In this document: piece by piece, positions 39,704 to 48,576 of the stretch
Position numbering within the stretch: position 1 is the stretch's first letter
How the letters are laid out: each line of letters opens with the position of its first letter
Source of the DNA: Methanomassiliicoccales archaeon
Lineage (GTDB): Archaea > Thermoplasmatota > Thermoplasmata > Methanomassiliicoccales > JACIVX01
Length of the DNA: 64,000 nucleotides
Direction of reading: 5' to 3'
NCBI GenBank assembly: GCA_038850735.1
Contig: JAWCLO010000001.1
Coordinates: 16,138 to 80,137, forward strand
Position numbers and translations under genes: made by a program
The notes under the pieces: model-generated
The model's database searches: none
Told to the model about the DNA's origin: nothing
What the model saw: the letters and a program-made list of their open reading frames with translations, nothing else

Positions 39704-39769
39704 TAAATATTAAATTATATGCTCTTTAATCAATGAGGTCGATCATTTGATGAAACCGAGCTGGTTAAA

Positions 39770-41320
39770 ATGATTGTAAAACAAAGTTCGTTACAAAAAG
39801 GACTCCCGAAAGATACTCAATCAATTTGCCCAGAATGCAGAAGAATTATATCTGCAAGAATATTCGAAGCCAATGGAAAAGTTCTAATGGAAAAGGAGTG
39901 CCCAGCCCACGGTAAATTCGTTGATACGTATTGGTCAGATGCAGAATTATACCTCAAGGCTGAGAAATTTGCGTACGATGGGATCGGGGTCATCGATCCT
40001 TTTATCAAAGATGCAACTGGATGTCCAGAAGAATGCGGCCTATGCAACCTCCATTTGAGTCATACTTCCTTGGCGAACATCGATCTAACAAATCGGTGCA
40101 ATCTTAGGTGCCCAATATGCTTTGCAAATGCAAATGCAGCGGGATACGTTTACGAGCCTTCATTCGAAGTAGTAGTTACAATGCTTAAGACATTGAGAAA
40201 TCAAAGACCCGTTCCCACCCCGGCTATCCAATTCTCTGGCGGAGAGCCAACGATATATCCACATATAACTGAAGTTGTGAAGAAAGCAAAGGAGTTGGGA
40301 TTTGCACAAATTCAGATCGCAACAAATGGCCTGAGACTCGCTCAAGATGAGGAATTTCTTAGACAGATATCAGAAGCGGGGCTAAATACAATCTACTTAC
40401 AATTCGACGGTTTGCGGGAAGAAATTTACATTAAGACTAGAGGTCGGCCACTTCTTGAGACAAAAAAGAAGGTTATTGACAATCTAAGAAAAATGGACAG
40501 GCATCCTTCTGTCGTGCTTGTACCCACGATCGTTAAGGGCGTAAATGATGACCAAGTTGGACCCATTTTGAAATACGCGATTGAAAACTCTGATATTATC
40601 AGAGGTGTTAACTATCAGCCAGTTGCCTTCACAGGTAGAATAAGCAAGGAGGAAAGAGACAAGGAGAGATACACGCTAACGGACTTGGTTCATGATATTG
40701 AGCTTCAAACAGGATATGCTTCAAAAGATGATTGGTACCCTGTACCAAGTGTTGTACCTGTATCGACATTTGTCTCTGCTATACTCAACCAACCGAAGGT
40801 TACGTTTACTGCTCATCCCCATTGTGGCTTAGCCACATATCTCTTTGTTAAAGATACTAATAACGTCATTCCTCTGACGAGATTCGTGGAAGTAGAACCC
40901 CTCTTTGAGGAATTGTTTTATCTTTCTGAGAGAACCGAGAGAGCTAGGATAAAATTGTTGGCAAAAATCAAGGCTCTAGGCATACTCCGGAAACATATCG
41001 ATAAAGAAAAAACACCAGAAGGACTCAAGATATCAGACTTCCTGCAACTGCTGAGTACTGTTTTAAGCGACGAGACAAAAGAAGGGCTCGCAGAATTCTC
41101 TTGGAACATGATGTTTGTTGGTGGAATGCACTTCCAAGATGCGTACAATTATGACATCGAGAGAGTAAAGAGGTGTGTGATTCATTATGCAGTTCCTGAT
41201 GGAAGGATCATACCCTTCTGCGCTTACAACGGCGGACCAACATACAGGGAAGAAATAGAAAGGAAGTATTCAGTTCCACTCGAAGAGTGGAGAAAGACTA
41301 GGGGTAGCGATTATACCTAG
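39770..41320 (+). CDS. Radical SAM protein, tetraether lipid synthase (Tes / GDGT-MAS)-like
   Basis: 516 aa. N-terminal rubredoxin-like CPEC...CPAHG, an extra cluster motif CPEECGLC, radical SAM CNLRCPIC and GGEPT. The length and architecture match what I recall for archaeal Tes. It is directly followed by ferredoxin and GGR. Confidence 0.7.
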   Translation: MIVKQSSLQKGLPKDTQSICPECRRIISARIFEANGKVLMEKECPAHGKFVDTYWSDAELYLKAEKFAYDGIGVIDPFIKDATGCPEECGLCNLHLSHTSLANIDLTNRCNLRCPICFANANAAGYVYEPSFEVVVTMLKTLRNQRPVPTPAIQFSGGEPTIYPHITEVVKKAKELGFAQIQIATNGLRLAQDEEFLRQISEAGLNTIYLQFDGLREEIYIKTRGRPLLETKKKVIDNLRKMDRHPSVVLVPTIVKGVNDDQVGPILKYAIENSDIIRGVNYQPVAFTGRISKEERDKERYTLTDLVHDIELQTGYASKDDWYPVPSVVPVSTFVSAILNQPKVTFTAHPHCGLATYLFVKDTNNVIPLTRFVEVEPLFEELFYLSERTERARIKLLAKIKALGILRKHIDKEKTPEGLKISDFLQLLSTVLSDETKEGLAEFSWNMMFVGGMHFQDAYNYDIERVKRCVIHYAVPDGRIIPFCAYNGGPTYREEIERKYSVPLEEWRKTRGSDYT

Positions 41321-41336
41321 ACTTGGAGGCATACAC

Positions 41337-41510
41337 ATGAAAGTAATTATCGAAAAGTGCATGCACTGTGGTGCCTGCGTAGGCTCCTGTCCATCTAATG
41401 CAATATTTTTGAATGAGGTGATCATTGATTTCCACCAAGAATGCAATCAATGTAGACGTTGCACAAAAGCGTGTCCAGTTGGAGCTATCCAAATGGAAGC
41501 TGGTGGTTAG
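41337..41510 (+). CDS. Small 2x[4Fe-4S] ferredoxin (57 aa), not in the supplied ORF track
   Basis: Hand translation gives MKVIIEKCMHCGACVGSCPSNAIFLNEVIIDFHQECNQCRRCTKACPVGAIQMEAGG. It contains two CxxCxxCxxxCP motifs. A GGAGG sits 8 nt upstream (41325-41329). Its TAG stop abuts the GGR ATG at 41511. Confidence 0.8.
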   Translation: MKVIIEKCMHCGACVGSCPSNAIFLNEVIIDFHQECNQCRRCTKACPVGAIQMEAGG

Positions 41511-42701
41511 ATGCAGTTGAAGGAATACGATGTCGTTATTGTCGGAGCTGGACCAGCAGGAAGCATGACTGCTAAATATGCAGCAGAAGGTGGCGCTCGA
41601 GTGCTGATGATCGAGAAGAGGCAGGAAATAGGTTCCCCCGTTAGGTGCGGTGAGGGGATCTCAAGGGCTTCTCTGGAAGAAGTTGGGATTAGGCCAGATA
41701 AGAGATGGATTGCTGCGGAAGTGGAAGGGGCAAAAATCGTTTCTCCAGGCGGCTATATATTCAGAATAAACGAAAGAATGGCAGGTAATGAGGTCGGAAT
41801 GGTATTGGAAAGAGTACTTTTTGACAAAGCGCTGGCAGCTGAGGCCGCAAGAGCTGGTGCCGAAATAATGGTGAAGACCTCGGCCACCGGTTTGATAAGA
41901 GAAGATGGAAAGATTACTGGGATAAGGGCTGTACATCATGGAGAGTCGATAAGAATTAAAGCTAAATGCGTCGTTGGAGCCGATGGATTCGAATCGCAGG
42001 TTGGTCGATGGGGTGGATTGGATACCACACTGAAACCAAATGATATCACGAGCTGCTTTCAATACAGATTGACGAACATTGATCACGACTATAGATATTG
42101 CGAATTCATCGTAGGGAGTCTTGCACCTGGTGGGTATATTTGGATTTTCCCAAAAGGCGAAGACACAGCAAACGTCGGCATAGGCGTATTATTATCCAAG
42201 ATAAAATATCCAGGTCAGGTTAAGGATTTGCTTGATCAATTCATCTCAAGGGATGACCGCTTGAAAGATGGCCAGCCACTAGATTGTGTGAGCGGTGCTG
42301 TGTCGGTGTCACCACCTCCAGACAAACTCGTTGCAGATAGCTTATTACTTGTAGGGGATGCTGCCAGAATTATTGACCCCATCACCGGAGGGGGTATCGC
42401 TCATGCTTGCATATCTGGCATGATGGCTGGAAAAGTCTTAGCAGAAGCATGCCAGGAACAAGATTTCAGTGAAAATAGGTTAATGGCATATGAAGAATCG
42501 CTGCGTGACAGATTGGAGAATAAACTGTGGAGAAACTGGATGGCGAAAGAAAAGCTCATAACACTATCTGATGAGATCTTTGACAAAATTGTAAAGACAT
42601 TAGCAGAAGTCGGTGTAGAAAAAATGTCCGTCGGTAATATATTAAAGGTCATCAAGGCCCGTCATCCGGAACTCATCAAGGAATTTGAAGAGCTTATCTA
42701 A
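41511..42701 (+). CDS. Geranylgeranyl reductase (digeranylgeranylglycerophospholipid reductase)
   Basis: 396 aa with the FAD motif YDVVIVGAGPAGS, RCGEGIS and the GDAAR...P.TGGGI motif. Confidence 0.88.
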   Translation: MQLKEYDVVIVGAGPAGSMTAKYAAEGGARVLMIEKRQEIGSPVRCGEGISRASLEEVGIRPDKRWIAAEVEGAKIVSPGGYIFRINERMAGNEVGMVLERVLFDKALAAEAARAGAEIMVKTSATGLIREDGKITGIRAVHHGESIRIKAKCVVGADGFESQVGRWGGLDTTLKPNDITSCFQYRLTNIDHDYRYCEFIVGSLAPGGYIWIFPKGEDTANVGIGVLLSKIKYPGQVKDLLDQFISRDDRLKDGQPLDCVSGAVSVSPPPDKLVADSLLLVGDAARIIDPITGGGIAHACISGMMAGKVLAEACQEQDFSENRLMAYEESLRDRLENKLWRNWMAKEKLITLSDEIFDKIVKTLAEVGVEKMSVGNILKVIKARHPELIKEFEELI

Positions 42702-42772
42702 TGAAGGGGCGAACGATCACGATCATTCAAATATTTGAAGGGGCGGCGAACTCGATACAGCGAGCAGCATGC

Positions 42773-43714
42773 CTAAACTTCATTATTTGACACGCTAAGA
42801 AGCAATCCGGGCAATTTCGTTTCCACGATGTACGGTACTCCACCCTTTTTCCTAATCGCTTCGCTCACTTTTTCGGGTTGATCGGTAAGCGCTATTATGC
42901 TTCCTCCGCCACCCGCTCCAGTTAATTTTGCTCCAAATGAATGGGGAGAACTCGCTGTAATGAGCTTTTCTAATGCGGGGGTAGATACGCCCAACATCGA
43001 CAACAGTTCTTGATTTCTTTTCATCAGTTCACCGAGAGCGACCAGGTCATTAACTCTGAGCTTTTTAATGCCATCAATCGCTATCTGGCCAATCTCCTCA
43101 ATGATATCGATTCCTGATCTGTTTGTCTCAACAAAGCGCCTTACCCTCTCCACAAGGGGGCCGGTTGGCGCGCTTATCCCGGTAAAGCCGATGACGATTT
43201 TCATACGAGGCACTTCGCAATGATGCACAAACCACTCCTTTAACCCGCTTGAGATTCTCCAAAGTAAATCGTCTCCGGGAATACTATTTATAAAAATCCC
43301 ATGTCCGTGAACGCACGTAGAGGTATCGACTGGACTAGCTCTTCCTTGGACAGCGAGCTCGACATCAAATGCTTTCTTTGCAACTTCCTCAGCCTTCAAG
43401 GTTCCCTTCATTGCGAAAAGTCCGCCTATCAAAGCCCCCGTAATAGCTGCCGATGATCCGAGACCGGATCCAGATGGCAAATCCGAATTCACTTTGATTT
43501 TCAAAGGTCCTCCTGTCCAATTCTTCTCGAGTGCGGCTACAATATAAGGATGATGTTTTCTTGAGAGGGGTTGATCATTGAACGTAAATTGCATGTCATG
43601 AGCAAGGGTGCATCGAAGTCGAAGAGAGATCGCGATCGCAATAGCTGGCTTTCCAAAAACGACGGCATGTTCGCCAAATAAAATGATCTTACCAGGCGCT
43701 GAGCTTGTGAGCAT
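42773..43714 (-). CDS. mvk: Mevalonate kinase (GHMP kinase)
   Basis: 313 aa with SAPGKIILFGEHAVV and the GHMP motif PSGSGLGSSAA. Confidence 0.88.
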   Translation of the reverse strand: MLTSSAPGKIILFGEHAVVFGKPAIAIAISLRLRCTLAHDMQFTFNDQPLSRKHHPYIVAALEKNWTGGPLKIKVNSDLPSGSGLGSSAAITGALIGGLFAMKGTLKAEEVAKKAFDVELAVQGRASPVDTSTCVHGHGIFINSIPGDDLLWRISSGLKEWFVHHCEVPRMKIVIGFTGISAPTGPLVERVRRFVETNRSGIDIIEEIGQIAIDGIKKLRVNDLVALGELMKRNQELLSMLGVSTPALEKLITASSPHSFGAKLTGAGGGGSIIALTDQPEKVSEAIRKKGGVPYIVETKLPGLLLSVSNNEV

Positions 43715-43788
43715 CCAGACAATGGATATAATTACATCGGATTAAAGATTGCTACCTATTGCTTCGATGATTAATTCAAGACCTTGAA

Positions 43789-44979
43789 TTATTCGCGCAT
43801 ATTCACATTATTTTTCTTCTCTTTTCCTTTTAATAAAAAAAGACCTCCCATAATAATCAGCAAACCAGCTACCAGAAAAGGTTCTATCCCGATCTTATCC
43901 GAGGAGTTGTTTGCAATAATTGAAAGGATTAATGGTCCTGCGACGAATCCCAAATCACTCATCATCCTGAAAACCCCCATAGCCACACTTAGATTTTTGC
44001 CACCGGCGCAGTCTGAAACCCATGCCATGATGGGACCAGAAAATCCAAATGCAAACCCCAGGGATGTCATAACCAGGGCGAGAGAAATCATCCCCTCGGC
44101 AAATGGGATCAACAGAGTCAAAATACCCGTCAATAACAAGCTTGAGATCATAAACCATTTCCGTCCATATCTATCTGTTAGAGCGCCGGCCGGCAGCATC
44201 GTGGCAAAATTCGACAGTGCTGTCAATGTAAGCAATATGCCAATTGTCTCTAGACTCATCCCCAGATTCCTACTTGCAAAAATCGGAACTACAGTAGAGA
44301 CAACCCCGATGCGAATGAAGAATATGCAGAAAATTGAGAAATTTATTGCCATCAGAGTGTAATTTTTGAAAATACTACCAACTTTTGTACTATCATTTTG
44401 TACGCTTGGCCCGAGCTGTGCAATAAGTCTTTCCTCAACTGCAAAGTTCACCAGCAAACTCGAGACCAATGAAAGTAAACCATAAAATACGAAGGGCGTG
44501 CGCACACCGTAATTCTCTCCTAGAAATCCTCCTATTGCTGGTCCACTGACTGGTCCGAGAAGCAACATTCCTAAATAGAAACTCATGTACCTTCCTCTCT
44601 GAGTCTCTGGAGCTACAATGCCTATGCATGTGAACGAGGTTACTGTGTAAACTGCATAACCAACACCACTGATGAGTCTGCCGAAGAGAAGCATTGTGTA
44701 ATTGATCGCAAAGGCGCATATCATCGCAGAGACAAATATCAGAAGCAGTCCAGAAACCAATAACCGCTTAGCTCCGAATCTTCGGAGTAGAATTCCGCTC
44801 GGCATGTCGATTAATACGCTTGCGAGTCCAAAACTTGAAACGAGTACGCCAACAAGAGCGACGGATACATTAAAAGAAAGGGCATAAAAAGGCAAGATGG
44901 GGGAAATTAGCGAGCTACCTAATAACGATACAAAAGCCGCAGAAGACAAGACTAGTATGCACTTTATTCTTGGATTCAT
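43789..44979 (-). CDS. MFS transporter
   Basis: 396 aa with 12 predicted hydrophobic segments and an MFS loop motif (G.LLRRFGAKR / LTDRYGRK). Confidence 0.8.
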   Translation of the reverse strand: MNPRIKCILVLSSAAFVSLLGSSLISPILPFYALSFNVSVALVGVLVSSFGLASVLIDMPSGILLRRFGAKRLLVSGLLLIFVSAMICAFAINYTMLLFGRLISGVGYAVYTVTSFTCIGIVAPETQRGRYMSFYLGMLLLGPVSGPAIGGFLGENYGVRTPFVFYGLLSLVSSLLVNFAVEERLIAQLGPSVQNDSTKVGSIFKNYTLMAINFSIFCIFFIRIGVVSTVVPIFASRNLGMSLETIGILLTLTALSNFATMLPAGALTDRYGRKWFMISSLLLTGILTLLIPFAEGMISLALVMTSLGFAFGFSGPIMAWVSDCAGGKNLSVAMGVFRMMSDLGFVAGPLILSIIANNSSDKIGIEPFLVAGLLIIMGGLFLLKGKEKKNNVNMRE

Positions 44980-45024
44980 GACATTCCCTGGATCTCATCT
45001 GATCCAGAATGCTAAAACTATGCA

Positions 45025-45603
45025 TCACAATCCGTATCTTAGCATGACTTCTTCGATAAGCTCATTTGGCGTCTTACCATTTAACTCTTTGCGGGGGTTG
45101 TTCCACCATTTCTCTTCAAATTCTTCTAGAACTTTGAAAAATTGAATGTCATCGGCAAAATCGGAACCCATTTCCTTTTCAAATTCATCTTGAAAAGCTT
45201 GCAACAAGTCCACATCATACTCGTGATTTACGACCATCACAGCTAAGTAATCATCAAGATTGCGAGCGAGAAGAGTTGAAATGTTTTCCGGGAGAATATC
45301 CATCATCATATCTAAAATTGCATTTGAGAGTGCCAAGAACATCAATTCCCTCTTCGCACGTTCTGGCATTTCTTCACCGTCAATTACTGAAGATAGGCCA
45401 TCAAACCAAAGATCCCGTAATATGTAAGAGCGCTTCGGATTCTTCTCAAACAATTCCTTCTCAAGTAGTTCGTCCTGCATTTCGTCAACATTCCTTTCTA
45501 ATATACCAATATTGTTTGCCTTTACTTCTGATTTCCCTTTATTCTTTTTTTCTTTAGACACAATCCTACACTCCTGTCCTCGATTGCATGGCTGCACACT
45601 CAC
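45025..45603 (-). CDS. Hypothetical acidic protein (192 aa)
   Basis: Intact ORF with a basic N-terminus and an acidic helical body. The C-terminal W..P...L.GKTPNELI motif is seen in several unrelated families, so no assignment is made. Confidence 0.4.
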   Translation of the reverse strand: MSVQPCNRGQECRIVSKEKKNKGKSEVKANNIGILERNVDEMQDELLEKELFEKNPKRSYILRDLWFDGLSSVIDGEEMPERAKRELMFLALSNAILDMMMDILPENISTLLARNLDDYLAVMVVNHEYDVDLLQAFQDEFEKEMGSDFADDIQFFKVLEEFEEKWWNNPRKELNGKTPNELIEEVMLRYGL

Positions 45604-46262
45604 AGCTCAAAAAATGAAAGGCCGCGAGAATGCATATAACTGAAGTTACTCTTGCATCCACAATCATGCATAAACCGTTCAGGGCTATTCTTAAATTGAC
45701 ATAAGGCTAATTTTTGATATTAAGGTGTCGATCGCAACCCAACGACGACCGCTGTTTACAATGCTGCTCTATATACGGATAATCGAAATCTCATTTTCTC
45801 GTATTGAATTGTGTACGAGTGAAATTTCCAAATAACTAAGCTATTTTTAACGCAAATTTTGCGTCTCACAGAGCACTCGAATCATGTATTTCGAAAATCG
45901 ACTATTTCGCGAAGTGCTATCCTATGCTTAATTAGGCTACCATCACGCATATTGATGGCAAATTTGCCGTTTCAAAAGAAGTCAATTCTGTGGGCTATCA
46001 ATCAAAGATATACCCACCACAGCAGATCCTTTTGCAAACGATTCCAAACATATTCTATCTATATCTCCTACTTCTTTATATCGCCTCCAGACACGGCATA
46101 TGGAGATGCGATGCACATATGAGCAAAAGTTCTTCAATTGTCGATAATCGACTAGCTAGGGCCGTTTATTGTGAGTAGCTTCTTGACAAAGATGTTACAG
46201 AAATATTTGAAACAATCACAAAGAAAATCATTATAATTTACAGAATCCTGTTAACATATCGT

Positions 46263-46609
46263 TTGAAAATTTGTATAACCGCAAAAGGGAATAAGATAAA
46301 CTCGGAATTTGATGAGTGCTTCTGCTCTTCTCCGTATTATCTTTTGTTGGATGATGAAACTTGTGAATTCTTAGTTTTAAGAAATACTGACGTTACTTTT
46401 GAAGCAAAGGGATTAAAATTGCAGAGACGCTTATCGAGAATGATATCGATATTTTAATTACTGGTCGTATTGGCCATGCCGCATTGAGAAGGCTTGAACG
46501 CAAAAGCATTTGCGTAAGAATCGTGCGGGAATCAAAAAAAGTAATAGATATGCTCGAAAACAATTATCCACGGATCGCTATCCAGCTATGCCAGAAATAT
46601 TCCTTTTGA
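46263..46609 (+). pseudogene. NifX/NifB-C-terminal-like (dinitrogenase FeMo-cofactor-binding fold) small gene, interrupted by a frameshift
   Basis: Frame 1 (TTG 46263) reads MKICITAKGNKINSEFDE...DVTFEAKG and then stops at 46457. The +2 frame continues SKGIKIAETLIENDIDILITGRIGHAALRRLERKSICV... to a TGA at 46607-46609. The two parts together make a ~115-aa NifX-like protein. The shift lies near the gcaaaggg run (~46405-46415). Confidence 0.55.
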
Positions 46610-46736
46610 AAATACGGTTGAAATCTGTGTAAACAAGAGTGATCAATCAAAGTGACAAGAGCAGTTCCAGAAAGCAATTGATCCTCAATGCCTCCGGGAC
46701 CGATTTTTTGAAAAATCCTCGAAGAAGCTCCAGAAG

Positions 46737-46846
46737 TGCGAGGGGCCGGATTTGAACCGGCGAACCTCTTCAGGAACAGATCTTGAGTCTGTCGCCATTG
46801 GCCGATGTGATCTCGCCCATCATTGACCAGGCTTGGCTACCCTCGC
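46737..46846 (-). tRNA. tRNA-Leu (anticodon CAA) with a 25-nt insertion (putative intron) in the D-loop
   Basis: Hand fold: acceptor GCGAGGG/CCCTCGC, D stem GCCA/TGGC, anticodon stem ACAGA/TCTGT with loop CTCAAGA, long variable arm TCCTGAAGAGGTTC, T arm GCCGG-TTCAAAT-CCGGC, discriminator A and no encoded CCA. It is 110 nt against 85 nt expected. Confidence 0.85.
46798..46822 (-). other. Putative non-canonical tRNA intron (D-loop, around position 20/21) within tRNA-Leu(CAA)
   Basis: The insert is TGATGGGCGAGATCACATCGGCCAA. The junction is ambiguous by up to 3 nt because CAA is repeated at both ends. A relaxed bulge-helix-bulge can be drawn: GATG/CATC helix, AAT bulge, GGTC/GGCC helix, AA(T) bulge, D stem. 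Confidence 0.6.
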
Positions 46847-47217
46847 AACAACGGATTTTCCTTATCAGCGGGTTCCTAATTAAATTTTATTCGAATGCCG
46901 TAATTCGGATCAATCGTGAGGAGTACTTGAAGATGCGATGCAGAGGATTTCCTCTCATGCGCATAACGAGCTCATCATGATAAGATTGTGCTATTATGAG
47001 CAGTCGTCGATAATCCAAGGACAATGATCAAGGAGCTACAGTGCCAGCTCCAATTGCAGATTCAAACTACTCATTGTAACTACTACTAATATTTGTGACA
47101 AAGGGATATCATTAGTTTTTTGATATTTTCTACAATCAACCAAATCCAGAGAAAATAGTGTTTGTCCAAATGTGAACCTGCTCTGAGTATAAATATGCGA
47201 ATTTGTATCATGGTCGA

Positions 47218-48540
47218 ATGAGTCTTATGAAACGTCCTCGCTTTTCAAAGCTGGTCTCTGCAATGCTGGAAAAACCCTCAGCGATCAAATCAATGATGAA
47301 ACTTGCAGATGAAAGGAATATCAGAAGAATCGGACTGGACCCTAGTCAAGTTATTTCCCTCGGTGGAGGATGGGTAGGACATCACCCCCCTGAGCGACTG
47401 AGGGAAATATATGCCGAAATTGCACTTGACCGGGAGAAATTCTATAGAGTCAGTGGTTATCCGCCAATCCCAGGTGTTCCAGAATGCAGAAAGTCGCTGG
47501 CGGAGATGGACCGGTATCTTTTTGGCGCTGATATTATGGAAGAGAATGTTATTATTGGTGCTACCTCAACTGAAATCACGTATGACTTACTCCGGGCACT
47601 TTTAGATCCAGATGATCGAATGCTGCTCCTAGATCCTACATACACAAACTATCCTGGTCAGACGATGCTTGCATTGAACGACCCTTCGATCGATTTGTCC
47701 TACGATAATTCATCAATTACCGAGTCGAATTCTAAGATTATCCACTTGAAAGTCTTTGATTCGTCGAGCTGGCGGTATATGCCTGACGTTGATCGCTCTA
47801 TCTGCGAGCTCGAAGAACTGTTCAAAAAACACAAACCGAAGGCAATGATGATTGCGACTCCTGATAATCCCACCGGCCAAATTATTCCGCAAAAGTTCGT
47901 AGAAGCTGCAATGGAACTATGCACGGAGAACGATTCATATCTCATTATTGATTTCACTTACAAATGGCAAAACTTTAGCACGAAAAGTCCTGAGTATTTT
48001 TCGTGGTCCCCAAGGGAATATGGGAATCTTATTCTTGTTTACTCAGCATCAAAATGGTCCAGAGCCCTTGGGCGCCGATTAGGTTGGATATGTGCCTCCC
48101 AGGAAATTGTCGAAGCAATGGAAACGCTGTTGGCATACTCGATTCTCTGTGGAGATCACATGCACCAACTTGCAACTGCTATATATCTAGAAGAATCGAT
48201 GAACGATGGTAGTCTGAGGAAATACCTGGATTTCTGGAATGAAAGGTACAAGGAAGCGGCAAATATTACGGTTAATTCTATCGATAAGTACTGCGGCTGC
48301 CGAAGACTCGTGCCGATGGGGGCGCTTTACACTGTAATGGATTTGGGAATGACTGCGGAGCCAATGGTCGAGAAAATCCTGAAGAACACAGGTGTTCTCT
48401 TAATACCTGGCATCATGTTCGGAAGCTCGCTTATCAACGGAGTTCGAATTTCTTACGGACCTCTTGTCGAGAAGCCTAGCCTTATTGAAGAGGGACTCCA
48501 TAGGGTCGGAGAATATATAAATACATTGAGAAAAAGGTAA
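47218..48540 (+). CDS. PLP-dependent aminotransferase, class I/II
   Basis: About 440 aa with the PLP-lysine region YSASKWSRALGRRLGW. The track start is TTG at 47203; the ATG at 47218 (MSLMKRPRF) is preferred. Substrate is unknown. Confidence 0.75.
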   Translation: MSLMKRPRFSKLVSAMLEKPSAIKSMMKLADERNIRRIGLDPSQVISLGGGWVGHHPPERLREIYAEIALDREKFYRVSGYPPIPGVPECRKSLAEMDRYLFGADIMEENVIIGATSTEITYDLLRALLDPDDRMLLLDPTYTNYPGQTMLALNDPSIDLSYDNSSITESNSKIIHLKVFDSSSWRYMPDVDRSICELEELFKKHKPKAMMIATPDNPTGQIIPQKFVEAAMELCTENDSYLIIDFTYKWQNFSTKSPEYFSWSPREYGNLILVYSASKWSRALGRRLGWICASQEIVEAMETLLAYSILCGDHMHQLATAIYLEESMNDGSLRKYLDFWNERYKEAANITVNSIDKYCGCRRLVPMGALYTVMDLGMTAEPMVEKILKNTGVLLIPGIMFGSSLINGVRISYGPLVEKPSLIEEGLHRVGEYINTLRKR

Positions 48541-48576
48541 TTGCCATCATCAACAGACAATTTTCTCCTGGCCCAC

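Noticed and set aside
41318-41510. TAG codons ending the Tes-like gene and the ferredoxin, considered as possible pyrrolysine read-through given the possible Methanomassiliicoccales affinity
   Set aside because: Both proteins are complete at the TAG, and the downstream frames give no conserved extension. The ferredoxin TAG directly abuts the next start codon. No pyl genes or methylamine methyltransferases are in the window.
46783-46980. 65-aa plus-strand ORF
   Set aside because: Its 5' part is the antisense of tRNA-Leu(CAA). No coding evidence.
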